A stretch of DNA of 55,178 bases from Pseudomonadota bacterium (GCA_027592745.1 JAQCLG010000001.1:1-55178), one strand, 5' to 3'. Positions 18,654 through 28,412 are shown, numbered from the stretch's first letter. The notes: generated by a model not told the origin, from the letters alone. Numbers and translations: made by a program.

Positions 18654-19484
18654 ATGATCGACCCCATCAACCAGCTTTTCCTGCATTCCCGCATGTTGCG
18701 TGCCTGGGGCCACAGCCTGGGCATGGCACGCGACAGGGAGTGGATCGAGAAGATGCGCCGGACGGGCCAGCTTGCGGCGGCGCTCCACCGTCACGGGGCC
18801 AGCCCGGCCAGCCGGGAGACCCGCGATCTGGCCATCGGGCACGCTCCTGCAGCGATTCTAGCCGCAGATGCCGCACAGACACGGTGGTTCGTTTCGGTGG
18901 TCGAGGACGCCATGGCCGACTGCCAAGGGGAGGACCGCGCGCTCCTGGAGCGGATTGCCGCCGCCGAACGTGACGATCTGGCGCGGCTGGAGCGCTGGTC
19001 GTCAGGCCCGGAGGCCCGCGAGGCGCCGCGCAACGCCAAGTTCCTGCTGCCCAAGCCCGGCGGCGCCGAAACCGCCATCGCGACGATCAACGCCGTGCTG
19101 CCCACCCTGGCGTCCTCGGTCAGCCAAGTCTTTCATCACAGCCTGATCTTCCGGCACCAGGGGGAAAACCCCCTTGCCGAGCGCGAGCTCGAACAGGCGC
19201 TGGTCATGATGTACCGCAGCGAGGCCCTGCTGGAGCGGCTGCTCGACCTGGGCGGCATACCCGAGGGCCGCGGCCACGGCATGCTGAGCATCGGCGAGGG
19301 TCCGCGTGGCTCCGACGAAGCCGCCGTCGCCACCATGGATGCGATCCTTTCGGCCCTGCAGTCGGCCCGGCAGCCGGTCAGCGGCAGCGTCGATCCGACC
19401 AGCCACACGCTGCTGGATGGCATCGCACGCGCCCTGCGGGACGAGCGCGCCGAAATTGCCGCACGCCTTGCCGTCCGAGGGTAG
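18654..19484 (+). CDS. tandem (fused) bacterioferritin-like four-helix-bundle protein with degenerate ligands
   Basis: Two halves each resemble Bfr helix A/B (INQLFLHSRMLRAWG and VSQVFHHSLIFRHQG). See findings. Confidence 0.55.
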   Translation: MIDPINQLFLHSRMLRAWGHSLGMARDREWIEKMRRTGQLAAALHRHGASPASRETRDLAIGHAPAAILAADAAQTRWFVSVVEDAMADCQGEDRALLERIAAAERDDLARLERWSSGPEAREAPRNAKFLLPKPGGAETAIATINAVLPTLASSVSQVFHHSLIFRHQGENPLAERELEQALVMMYRSEALLERLLDLGGIPEGRGHGMLSIGEGPRGSDEAAVATMDAILSALQSARQPVSGSVDPTSHTLLDGIARALRDERAEIAARLAVRG

Positions 19485-19502
19485 AGGGGCCACCTTGCCG
19501 AC

Positions 19503-20282
19503 ATGAACGAAGCCATCCTTCTGCGTGCAGACCGCGACAAGGTCGCGCACCTCACCCTCAACCGGCCGGCCCAGCGCAATGCGCTGTCGGTTGGCCTGAT
19601 GACGGTCCTGCAGGAGGCGCTCGGCGCCATCGCGCGAGATCCGGGCGTCCATGTCGTGGTGATCCGCGGCGCGGGGCCGGGCTTCTGCGCCGGCCACGAC
19701 CTCAAGGAAATCCGCGCCCATCCCGGCCGCGAGCACTACGACGCCCTGTTTGCCCAGTGCAGCGCCCTGATGACGTCGATCGTCACCCTGCCCAAGCCGG
19801 TGATCGCCCGCGTCCACGGCATCGCCACGGCCGCGGGCTGCCAGCTCGTCGCCACCTGCGACCTGGCGATCGCGGCCGATACCGCCCGTTTCTCCACGCC
19901 CGGGGTCAACATCGGCCTGTTCTGCTCGACGCCCATGGTGGCGCTGTCGCGCAACGTGGCGCCCAAACACGCCATGGAGATGCTGCTGACGGGCGACATG
20001 ATCGACGCCCCGGCGGCCGAACGCATCGGCCTGGTCAACGCGGTGGTGCCCGAGGCGGGTCTCGACGATGCCGTGGCGGCGCTCGCGGCCAGGATCGCCT
20101 CCAAGTCGCCCCTGACCCTGCGGACCGGCAAGGAGGCCTTCTACCGCCAGCACGAGATGGGGCTGGAGGAGGCCTATGCCTACGCCAGCCGCGTGATGGC
20201 CGAAAACATGCTGTCGCGCGACGCCGAGGAGGGCATCGACGCCTTCATCGAGAAACGCACGCCGGTCTGGCGCGGGGAGTGA
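19503..20282 (+). CDS. enoyl-CoA hydratase/isomerase family protein
   Basis: 259 aa with the GAGPGFCAGHDLKE motif. Confidence 0.88.
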   Translation: MNEAILLRADRDKVAHLTLNRPAQRNALSVGLMTVLQEALGAIARDPGVHVVVIRGAGPGFCAGHDLKEIRAHPGREHYDALFAQCSALMTSIVTLPKPVIARVHGIATAAGCQLVATCDLAIAADTARFSTPGVNIGLFCSTPMVALSRNVAPKHAMEMLLTGDMIDAPAAERIGLVNAVVPEAGLDDAVAALAARIASKSPLTLRTGKEAFYRQHEMGLEEAYAYASRVMAENMLSRDAEEGIDAFIEKRTPVWRGE

Positions 20283-20284
20283 CC

Positions 20285-20776
20285 ATGGACCACGCCCGCT
20301 ACGAGGACGCCTATATCCGCGACATCCTGCGGACCAGCCGCACCATCGCCATGGTCGGGGCCAGCCCCAACTGGGTGCGGCCCAGCTACTTCGCCATGAA
20401 GTACCTGATCGGCAAGGGCTACCGGGTGATCCCGGTCAATCCGGTCGCGGCCGGACAGGAGATCCTGGGCGAGACGGTCTACGCCAGCCTGGCCGAGGTG
20501 CCCGGCCCCTTCCAGATGGTCGACATCTTCCGCAATTCCGAGGCGGCCGGCGCCATCGTCGACGCGGCGATCGCCTGCAAGGACGAGAAGGGTATCGCGA
20601 CGATCTGGATGCAGCTCGGCGTCGTCAATCCGGAAGCGGCCGCCCGCGCCGAGGCCGCGGGATTGCGGGTGGTGATGGACCGCTGCCCCAAGATCGAATA
20701 CGGCCGGCTCTCGGGCGAACTCTCCTGGGGCGGCATCAATTCGGGCATCATCTCGTCCAAGGCGCTGAAGGTATGA
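20285..20776 (+). CDS. CoA-binding domain protein (YccU-like)
   Basis: IAMVGASPNWVRPSY ... VDIFR motifs. About 163 aa. Confidence 0.8.
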   Translation: MDHARYEDAYIRDILRTSRTIAMVGASPNWVRPSYFAMKYLIGKGYRVIPVNPVAAGQEILGETVYASLAEVPGPFQMVDIFRNSEAAGAIVDAAIACKDEKGIATIWMQLGVVNPEAAARAEAAGLRVVMDRCPKIEYGRLSGELSWGGINSGIISSKALKV

Positions 20777-20946
20777 ACCGTTCCGGCATCCTGCGGGCCG
20801 GCATCCTGCTGGCCGCCGCCCTGCTGCTGTCGGCCTGCGTCGAGATTGACTGGCACCGCACGGGCCAGCTCTGGCTGGGTTCGCTGTGCGACGGCGTCAG
20901 CCACTGCAGCTACGACGCCGACGGCGACCCCCATACGCGCTGGTGA
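20773..20946 (+). CDS. 57-aa putative lipoprotein (below the ORF-track cutoff)
   Basis: ATGA overlap with the upstream stop. MNRSGILRAGILLAAALLLSAC lipobox. Mature peptide has 2 further Cys beyond the lipobox Cys and ends 5 nt before the metY ATG. Confidence 0.5.
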   Translation: MNRSGILRAGILLAAALLLSACVEIDWHRTGQLWLGSLCDGVSHCSYDADGDPHTRW

Positions 20947-20951
20947 ACGAC

Positions 20952-22241
20952 ATGAGCGAACGCAACGACGACTACGGCCTGGAGACGCGCGCCGTGCATG
21001 CCGGCGCCCGGCCCGACGCCACGACGGGGGCACGTGCGACGCCGATCTACCAGACCACGAGCTACGTCTTCGACGACGTCGACCATGCCGCCTCGCTCTT
21101 CAACCTGCAGACCTTCGGCTACATCTATTCGCGCCTGACCAACCCGACGGTGGCGGTGCTGGAGGAGCGCATCGCCAACCTGGAGGACGGCCGCGCCGCG
21201 GTCGCCTGCGCCAGCGGCCATGCCGCGCAGTTCCTCGCCTTCTTCACCCTGCTGGAGCCGGGCGACCACATCGTCGCCTCGCGTTACCTCTACGGCGGTT
21301 CGGTGACGCAGTTCACCAAGTCCTTCGCCAAGCTGGGCTGGCACGCGACACTGGTCGAGCCGGGCGATGCCGCGGCGGTCGAGGCCGCCATCGGGCCGAC
21401 GACCAAGGCGATCTTCGTCGAGGCGCTGGCCAATCCGGGCGGCATCGTGGTCGACCTGGAGATGCTGGCCGCCATCGCGCGCGCCCACCGGATTCCACTG
21501 GTCGTCGACAACACCATGGCGACGCCCTGGCTCATCCAGCCGATCCACTGGGGCGCCGACATCGTCATCCACTCGGCGACCAAGTTCATCGGCGGCCACG
21601 GCAACAGCATGGGCGGCGTAGTGGTCGAGAGCGGCAAGTTCGACTGGTTCGCCAGCGGCAAGTTCCCCGGCATGACGGAACCGGAGCCGGCCTACCACGG
21701 CCTGTGCTTTGCCGAGTCGTTCGGCGATTTCGGCTTCACCATGAAGACCCGCGCCGTGGCGCTGCGCGACTTCGGACCGGCCCTGTCGCCGACCAATGCC
21801 TTCAACCTGATCACCGGCTGCGAGACCCTGCCCCTGCGCATGCAGCGCCATTGCGACAACGCCATGGAGGTGGCGCGTTTCCTGGAGGGCCATCCCAAGG
21901 TCGCCTGGGTGAGCTATGCCGGGCTGGAATCGAGCCCCTACCACGAGCTTGCGAAGAAATACCTGAGGAACGGCTTCGGCAGCGTCTTCACCTTCGGCGT
22001 CAAGGGCGGCTTCGATGCAGGCACGCGGGTCGTCGAGGCCTGCAACCTGTTCAGCCACCTCGCCAACATCGGCGACACGCGCAGCCTGATCATCCACCCC
22101 GCGAGCACCACGCACCGCCAGCTCAGCCCTGAGCAGCGGACCGCCTCGGGCGCCGGCGACGACACCATCCGCCTCTCCATCGGTATCGAGACGGCAGGCG
22201 ACATCATCCGCGACCTCGACCGGTCGCTGGCCAAGGCCTGA
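20952..22241 (+). CDS. metY: O-acetylhomoserine sulfhydrylase (PLP-dependent)
   Basis: MSERNDDYGLETRAVHAG... PLP-binding Lys motif HSATKFIGGHG. Confidence 0.9.
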   Translation: MSERNDDYGLETRAVHAGARPDATTGARATPIYQTTSYVFDDVDHAASLFNLQTFGYIYSRLTNPTVAVLEERIANLEDGRAAVACASGHAAQFLAFFTLLEPGDHIVASRYLYGGSVTQFTKSFAKLGWHATLVEPGDAAAVEAAIGPTTKAIFVEALANPGGIVVDLEMLAAIARAHRIPLVVDNTMATPWLIQPIHWGADIVIHSATKFIGGHGNSMGGVVVESGKFDWFASGKFPGMTEPEPAYHGLCFAESFGDFGFTMKTRAVALRDFGPALSPTNAFNLITGCETLPLRMQRHCDNAMEVARFLEGHPKVAWVSYAGLESSPYHELAKKYLRNGFGSVFTFGVKGGFDAGTRVVEACNLFSHLANIGDTRSLIIHPASTTHRQLSPEQRTASGAGDDTIRLSIGIETAGDIIRDLDRSLAKA

Positions 22242-22319
22242 CGCCGGCGGGCCTGACGCCGGCGGACCTGCGCACGGCGATGGACGCGCCCGGCGCAAGG
22301 TTCTATTCGAAGCCGACCC

Positions 22320-23228
22320 ATGGCACCCGATCCGCAACCTGCGCCCATCGTCACGCCCCGCCAGATCCTGATCGGCTTTGCGCTGGCCGGGCTGGTGGCG
22401 ACGCTGTGGAGCGGCTGGATGGTCGTCTCGCGCATCGGGGCGACCTCGCACCTGCTGGTCTCGGACGTCGCGCTGCTGCGTTTTGCCGGGGCCGGGCTGC
22501 TGACCCTGCCCGTCTTCATCGCCCGGCGCGCCGAGATCGCACGGGCGGGCTGGCGCGCCGTGCTGGTGCTCTCGATCATGGGCGGGGCGCCCTACAGCGT
22601 GATCTCGGTGGGCGGCATGGTCTTTGCGCCCACGGCCCAGGGCGCCGTCGTCATTCCGGGCGCGCTGGCGCTGTTTGCCACCCTGATCGGCTGGGCCTGG
22701 CTCAAGGACCGGCCGGCGCGCGACCGCTGGATCGGGCTGGCCCTGGTCGCCCTGGCGCTTGCCCTGATCGGCATCGAGGGCGCCCATACCGGCACCTGGC
22801 AGGGCTACGCGCTGTTCCTGCTGGCCGGCGTCATGTGGGCGGCGTTCACGGTGGGGACGCGCTTCTGGGGGCTGCGGCCGCTGACCAACGTCGCGGTCAT
22901 CTCGGTGACCTCGCTAGCCTGGTACGTGCCGCTGGTGCTGGCCTTCGATCCCACGGCGATCTTCACCGCGCCCTGGCAGGAGCCGGCCCTGCAGCTGTGG
23001 TACCAGGGCCTGATGGCGGGCGTGCTGGCGCCGATCATGTACACCCGCGCGATCCAGACCATCGGGCCGCAGCGGGCCGCCCTGGTCATGGTCATGGTGC
23101 CCGTGCTGGCAACCCTGATGGCCTGGCTCCTGCTCGACGAGGCGCCGGGGCCGCTGACGATCGCCGGCATGATCCTAGTGCTGCCGGGACTGGCCTTTGC
23201 CGCCGGCGCCTTCGCACGGCGGCGCTGA
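22320..23228 (+). CDS. EamA/DMT family transporter
   Basis: 302 aa with about 10 TM segments and two EamA-like halves. Confidence 0.8.
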   Translation: MAPDPQPAPIVTPRQILIGFALAGLVATLWSGWMVVSRIGATSHLLVSDVALLRFAGAGLLTLPVFIARRAEIARAGWRAVLVLSIMGGAPYSVISVGGMVFAPTAQGAVVIPGALALFATLIGWAWLKDRPARDRWIGLALVALALALIGIEGAHTGTWQGYALFLLAGVMWAAFTVGTRFWGLRPLTNVAVISVTSLAWYVPLVLAFDPTAIFTAPWQEPALQLWYQGLMAGVLAPIMYTRAIQTIGPQRAALVMVMVPVLATLMAWLLLDEAPGPLTIAGMILVLPGLAFAAGAFARRR

Positions 23229-23235
23229 ACAACCT

Positions 23236-23739
23236 TCAGCGGCAGGCGCCGACCGAACCCTGGGCGCAGGTCTTGACGCCGTCGGTCCAGATCGCCCCGG
23301 AAAGGTCGGCCCCGGTGAAATCGGCCCTGCTGAGGTTGGCGCCGGAGAAGTCGACGTCGATCAGGGTGGCAAAGAGGAAGCTGACGTTGCGCGCCTGCAC
23401 GCCACGCATCGAGGCGCCGGTGAGATCGGCGCGGTCGAGCCGGGCGTCGGTCAGCGAGGCGCCGTCGAAGCTCGCCCCGACCAGCGTCGCCTCGACGAAA
23501 CGCACCCTGTAGCCGTCGACTGCAGAGAGATCGGCATCGCTGAAGTCGCTGTTGCTGAGCGAGGCGTTGCGCAGGTTGGCGCCGGGCAGTTCGGCACCGG
23601 GAAAGTTCGACCCCGAGAGGTTGCAGCTGCGCCAGTTGACGCCGGCGCGCGGCAGGTCGTTGCAGTCAGCCAGGGCAGGCTTGCCTGCAAGGACGACGAC
23701 GGCCAGGACAAGGACGCTGGCGACGGTTCGAATCTTCAT
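23236..23739 (-). CDS. secreted pentapeptide-repeat protein
   Basis: ATG at 23739. Signal peptide MKIRTVASVLVLAVVVLAGKPALA. Repeats of A(D/N)LSx type. Confidence 0.8.
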   Translation of the reverse strand: MKIRTVASVLVLAVVVLAGKPALADCNDLPRAGVNWRSCNLSGSNFPGAELPGANLRNASLSNSDFSDADLSAVDGYRVRFVEATLVGASFDGASLTDARLDRADLTGASMRGVQARNVSFLFATLIDVDFSGANLSRADFTGADLSGAIWTDGVKTCAQGSVGACR

Positions 23740-23780
23740 GGCGCCATTACCGCACCGCATCAAGGCAGAGGCAAGGCGCA

Positions 23781-24359
23781 TCAGGGCGGCAGGACGCAGC
23801 CGCGGCAGGGTCCCTGCCCCAGGCGCACGCCGTTGCGCCAGGCTCCGGGCTGCACCCAGTCGCCGCGCCACAGGCCGCGGCCGGCGAGACGGGCCTCGAC
23901 CTGGGCGGAATGCATGGCATTGCTGAAGAAGGCGCTGGTCGTGGCAAAGCCGCTGCGCGCGACTTCAGCGTTGATGTCGGTCTCGCCGTCGCGGCAGAGC
24001 GCTTCCAGCTCGCCCCGGCCATCGGAACCGCAGGGCGTGCAGGACAAGCCGCGGCCGTCCAGCAGGGCCTTCAGGGCGCTGCGTGCCTGACGGCCGCAGG
24101 ACCAGGACCCCGAGGCATCGCGGCAATCCTGGAAGAGCTCGGGCGCCGACAGACTGAGCAGGTGGATCACGGTGCGGCTGCCGTCCGGGCCCACCAGTTC
24201 GAGGCTGTCGCCGTCGATCGCCGTGCCGGCGCCTTCCAGCGCGGCGCCCTCGCAGGCAGCCGCGACCGGATCCCAGAACGCGACGGCCGCGCCCGGCCCG
24301 GCGCCGGTCAGCGCCAGGACGAGGAGGACTGCGGTGCGTGCCTGGAGGCGGAAATCCAT
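23781..24359 (-). CDS. secreted thermonuclease (SNase)-like protein
   Basis: ATG at 24359. Signal peptide present. The DGDSLEL...GRGLWRG pattern is typical of SNase homologs. Confidence 0.7.
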   Translation of the reverse strand: MDFRLQARTAVLLVLALTGAGPGAAVAFWDPVAAACEGAALEGAGTAIDGDSLELVGPDGSRTVIHLLSLSAPELFQDCRDASGSWSCGRQARSALKALLDGRGLSCTPCGSDGRGELEALCRDGETDINAEVARSGFATTSAFFSNAMHSAQVEARLAGRGLWRGDWVQPGAWRNGVRLGQGPCRGCVLPP

Positions 24360-24384
24360 GGTTCGGGCCCATGGTGCTTGCAAG

Positions 24385-24462
24385 TGGGGTGGCTAGTCGG
24401 GTTCGAACCGACGACCTCCTGGACCACAACCAGGCGCTCTAACCAGCTGAGCTATAGCCACC
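24385..24462 (-). tRNA. tRNA-His (anticodon GUG)
   Basis: Minus strand: GGTGGCTATAGCTCAGCTGGTTAGAGCGCCTGGTTGTGGTCCAGGAGGTCGTCGGTTCGAACCCGACTAGCCACCCCA. Extra G-1 present, anticodon loop TTGTGGT, encoded CCA. Confidence 0.95.
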
Positions 24463-24566
24463 ATCGGACTTGCGTCGAGGGCGCGTCTGTACGATGAAGC
24501 CGCCCTCCGGGTCAACAATCACGAACGCCCGGCCCACCGCCAACCTGTCTTTACGGAGCGCACCTC

Positions 24567-25730
24567 ATGCAGCTTGCCGCCAACATGGCCAACCTGGGTT
24601 CGGAAACCGCCTTTGCCATCCTCGCCCGGGCGACGCAGCTGATGCGCGAAGGCAAGGACATCATCAACCTCGGCATCGGCCAGCCCGACTTCAAGACGCC
24701 GCCCCATATCGTCGAGGCCGCGGTCAAGGCGCTGCACGACGGCCACCACGGCTACACCCCTGCCCCCGGCATCATGCCGCTGCGCGAGGCGGTCGCGGCC
24801 GATGTCCTGAAGTACCGCGGCGTCGAGGTTTCCCCCGAGCAGGTCATGGTCGTGCCCGGCGGCAAGATGACGATGTTCTTTGCCATCATGATGTTCGGCG
24901 AACCCGGCGCGGAGATCCTCTACCCCAACCCCGGCTTCCCGATCTACGAGTCGATGATCAAGTACACCGGCGCCAAGGCGGTGCCGATCGAGCTGCACGA
25001 GGACAAGGGTTTCTCCTTCAGCGCCGACGAGGTGATCGCCAACTTCAACGAGAACACCCGGCTGATCATCATCAACAGCCCGGCCAATCCCACGGGCGGC
25101 ACGATCGACGACGACGAACTCGACAAGCTGGTCGCGGGCCTGGAGAAGTTCCCCAACATCGCGATCCTTTCGGACGAGATCTACTGCCGCCTGCTGTTCG
25201 ACAACCGCCGCCACAAGAGCCTGCTGACCTACGAGTCGATCCGCGACCGGGTGATCCTGCTCGACGGCTGGTCCAAGACCTATGCCATGACCGGCTGGCG
25301 CGCCGGCTACGGCGTGTGGCCCAAGGAACTGGTGCCCCACATCGACAAGCTCATCGTCAACGCCAACTCGTGCACCAACGCGGCAACGCAGTTTGCCTGC
25401 ATCGCCGCGCTGGAAGGCCCCCAGGACAGCGTCGAGATGATGCGCCAGGCCTTCGACGAGCGCCGCCACGTCATCCACAAGCTGCTCAACGAACTGCCGG
25501 GTTTCCGCTGCACGATGCCGGGCGGCGCCTTCTATGCCTTCCCCAACATCGAGGGCACCGGGCGCAGCGCCCGCGAACTGGGCACCGCGCTGCTCGAGGA
25601 TTGCGGCGTCGCCGTCGTCCACGGCACCAGCTTCGGCGCCATGGGCGAGGGTTTCCTGCGCTTCTCCTACGCCGCCTCGACCGAGAACATCCGCGAGGCC
25701 TGCAAGCGCATCGGCAACTACCTCTCCTGA
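24567..25730 (+). CDS. class I/II PLP aminotransferase (aspartate-aminotransferase-like)
   Basis: 387 aa with NSPANPTG and SKTYAMTGWRAGY motifs. Confidence 0.88.
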   Translation: MQLAANMANLGSETAFAILARATQLMREGKDIINLGIGQPDFKTPPHIVEAAVKALHDGHHGYTPAPGIMPLREAVAADVLKYRGVEVSPEQVMVVPGGKMTMFFAIMMFGEPGAEILYPNPGFPIYESMIKYTGAKAVPIELHEDKGFSFSADEVIANFNENTRLIIINSPANPTGGTIDDDELDKLVAGLEKFPNIAILSDEIYCRLLFDNRRHKSLLTYESIRDRVILLDGWSKTYAMTGWRAGYGVWPKELVPHIDKLIVNANSCTNAATQFACIAALEGPQDSVEMMRQAFDERRHVIHKLLNELPGFRCTMPGGAFYAFPNIEGTGRSARELGTALLEDCGVAVVHGTSFGAMGEGFLRFSYAASTENIREACKRIGNYLS

Positions 25731-25735
25731 GCCTC

Positions 25736-26374
25736 ATGGACCTGCTGCCCGATCCCGCCGCGCTCGCCGTCTTCATCGGCGCGAGCGCGGTGATTTCGGT
25801 GACGCCGGGTCCCGACACGACCTATGTCTTTGCCCGCGGCCTGGCCCAGGGCCGCGCCGCGGGCCTGGTCTCGGTCGCCGGCATCGCCACGGGGCTGGTG
25901 GTCCACACCACCCTGGTCGCCCTGGGCCTGGCCGTGGTGGTCGCGGGTTCGCCCTTCCTGTTCGACGTCCTGCGTTATGCCGGAGCGGCCTATCTGCTCT
26001 GGATGGGCCTGCGCATGATCGCGGCCGGCAACCGGCGCGAGGCGCGCAAGGCGCCGCGGCCGCTCACCTGGCGCGCGATCTACGTCCAGGGCCTGCTGGT
26101 CAACCTGCTCAACCCGAAGATTCTGCTGTTCTTCCTCGCCTTCCTGCCGCAGTTCGCCGATCCCGCGCACGGTCCCCTGGCGCTCCAGATCGTGGCCCTG
26201 GCCGCGATCCTGATCGGCTGCGGCCTGGTGGTGCTCTGCAGCATCGCCCTGGCCAGCGGCACCATGCGCACGGTGCTGGCGCGCCATCCCCTGTGGCAGC
26301 GCATCCAGGGCACCGCGACCGGGCTGATCATGATCGGCCTGGCCGCCCACCTGGCGCTGGCGACACGCCGCTGA
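25736..26374 (+). CDS. LysE/RhtB family exporter
   Basis: MDLLPDPAALAVFIGASAVISVTPGPD motif. Confidence 0.85.
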   Translation: MDLLPDPAALAVFIGASAVISVTPGPDTTYVFARGLAQGRAAGLVSVAGIATGLVVHTTLVALGLAVVVAGSPFLFDVLRYAGAAYLLWMGLRMIAAGNRREARKAPRPLTWRAIYVQGLLVNLLNPKILLFFLAFLPQFADPAHGPLALQIVALAAILIGCGLVVLCSIALASGTMRTVLARHPLWQRIQGTATGLIMIGLAAHLALATRR

Positions 26375-26544
26375 GACTGTCGCAGAAACACCACATATCG
26401 TTGCAAGGATGTCACTGAACCGCCATAGTATCGGCAAGGACGTGACGACGGACACCGGCATGGCCCGGTTGCCTTGATTCAAGGGGGAACCTGCCCCCAC
26501 CTGTTGCGTTGTCCATTCGCGTTTCCAAGGGGTACGCGTCTGTC

Positions 26545-28275
26545 ATGTTGCAGAAATTCATCACTTCCGCCTGCACCGCCGCCCTCATCGGCTGCTTCGT
26601 GCTGCCCGCGCGGGCCGACGACGGCGCGGTCGTCACCAGCATGCTGGCGACGCTCTATGGCCCGGCCGGCGAGCAGCGCCACGATGAGGCCCTGCGCGAT
26701 TTCTATGTCCGGGAAGACTACCTGCCGGTCTGGTGGCGCGATGGCGCCTGGACGCAGCAGGCGCGCGAAGCGCTGGGCGTGCTCGACCGGGCCCAGGACG
26801 CGGGGCTGAACCCGACACGCTACGGCGCGGTGATGCTCAAGAGTGCGATGGAACAGGACTTTGCCGCGGCCAGCGGCATCGACGCCATCGCCGATACCGA
26901 AATCGCCCTGACCGCCGCGCTGCTGGCCTACATCCGCGACAGCAAGAACGGCCTGGCCGATCCACTGGCCCTGGGCTGGCACTCGCGGCGACCGGAGGCG
27001 GTCGATGCCGCCGCGCTGCTTGCCGAGGGACTGCGCAGCGGCGCCCTGGCCGACTGGCTCGCCCACCTGGCGCCCGAGCGCGACGGCTACGCCGCGCTGC
27101 GTGAGCAGCTCGACCATTTCCGCGCCATGGCCCTGCTGCCCTGGCCCACGATCGACGGCGGCGAGAGCATCCATCCCGGCGACAGCGACACGCGCCTGCC
27201 TGAACTGCGCGCGCGCCTGGTCATGCTGGGCGACCTTGCCAGCGTGCCCGGCTGGTCGCTGCATGATGTCGCGCGTTTCACCCATGACGAACCCACGGTC
27301 GCCGCGGTCGAGCGCTTCCAGCGCCGCCACGGGCTCGAGACGGACGGCATCGTCGGCAGCCGCACGCTGGCCCAGATCAACGTCTCGCCGGGCGAGCGTG
27401 CCGGCACGATCGTCGCCAACCTGGAAAAGCTGCGCTGGATGCCCGCCAGCGAACGCCAGCCGGGCCGCCATGTCGAAGTCAACGTCGCGGGTTTTGAACT
27501 CGTGGCCTACGAGGACGGGCAGCCGGTGCTCAACATGCCGGTCATCGTGGGCGAGGCCCAGCACCCCACCCCGATCATCAGCGACCGCATCGTCAACCTG
27601 AAGTTCGCGCCCAACTGGACCGTGCCGTTCAAGATCACCAAGAACGAACTGCTGCCCAAGATCCAGGCCGATCCGACCTGGCTGGCGGCCAACGACTACA
27701 TCCTGATCAGCGACTGGGGCCGCGGCTTCGAGATCGACCCGATGGCGATCGACTGGTCGCGCGAGACACCGCAGACCTGGAGCTACATGCTCCAGCAGAA
27801 ACCCGGCCCCTACAGTGCCCTGGGCCTGATCCGCTTCTCCCTGACCAATCCCCAGGACATCTACCTGCACGACACCGGCTCGCGGAACCTGTTCGCCCGG
27901 GCCAATCGCGGCCTCTCTCACGGCTGCGTGCGCGTGGGCGATCCCCTGGCGCTGGCCGGTTTCGTGCTGGAAGGCGAAAGCCAGCCCTGGGACAGGGAGC
28001 GGATCGAGGCGGCCATGCACGCCGAGGACACCGACTATCACCGCCTGGAAGCGGCGGTGCCCGTCGATTTCTTCTATGTCACGGCCTGGGTCGACGGTGA
28101 CGGCCACATGCAGTTCCGTCGCGACCTCTACGGCCTGGATGCCATGGTCCTTGCCGCCCTGGAGGCGGCGTCCGAACCGGTCATCGACCTGCCGCTGCTG
28201 CTGGGCGCCGAAGACCATCCGGCTCCCGAGGACGTCGCCCTCTCCGGCAGCGTTGATGCCGACTTGCCACTCTGA
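26545..28275 (+). CDS. L,D-transpeptidase (YcbB-like) with a peptidoglycan-binding domain
   Basis: Signal peptide present. PG_binding-like segment VERFQRRHGLETDGIVG. Catalytic motif LSHGCVRV. Confidence 0.88.
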   Translation: MLQKFITSACTAALIGCFVLPARADDGAVVTSMLATLYGPAGEQRHDEALRDFYVREDYLPVWWRDGAWTQQAREALGVLDRAQDAGLNPTRYGAVMLKSAMEQDFAAASGIDAIADTEIALTAALLAYIRDSKNGLADPLALGWHSRRPEAVDAAALLAEGLRSGALADWLAHLAPERDGYAALREQLDHFRAMALLPWPTIDGGESIHPGDSDTRLPELRARLVMLGDLASVPGWSLHDVARFTHDEPTVAAVERFQRRHGLETDGIVGSRTLAQINVSPGERAGTIVANLEKLRWMPASERQPGRHVEVNVAGFELVAYEDGQPVLNMPVIVGEAQHPTPIISDRIVNLKFAPNWTVPFKITKNELLPKIQADPTWLAANDYILISDWGRGFEIDPMAIDWSRETPQTWSYMLQQKPGPYSALGLIRFSLTNPQDIYLHDTGSRNLFARANRGLSHGCVRVGDPLALAGFVLEGESQPWDRERIEAAMHAEDTDYHRLEAAVPVDFFYVTAWVDGDGHMQFRRDLYGLDAMVLAALEAASEPVIDLPLLLGAEDHPAPEDVALSGSVDADLPL

Positions 28276-28412
28276 GGCCGTTTCCGGGGCCGTTTCGTAG
28301 CGTTCGAGCCACACAATTCGTGTTTTGTTCTGTTGCATGATGGCTGCTTTACGCATCCGTCCCCGGTTGGTATCCACCCTGTCCAACGATACGAAACGAC
28401 GGGGATTCGGGG

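Noticed and set aside
390-24462. Genomic islands integrated at tRNA-Glu or tRNA-His.
   Set aside because: There is no integrase, no direct repeat of the tRNA 3' end, and no compositional break visible next to either tRNA.
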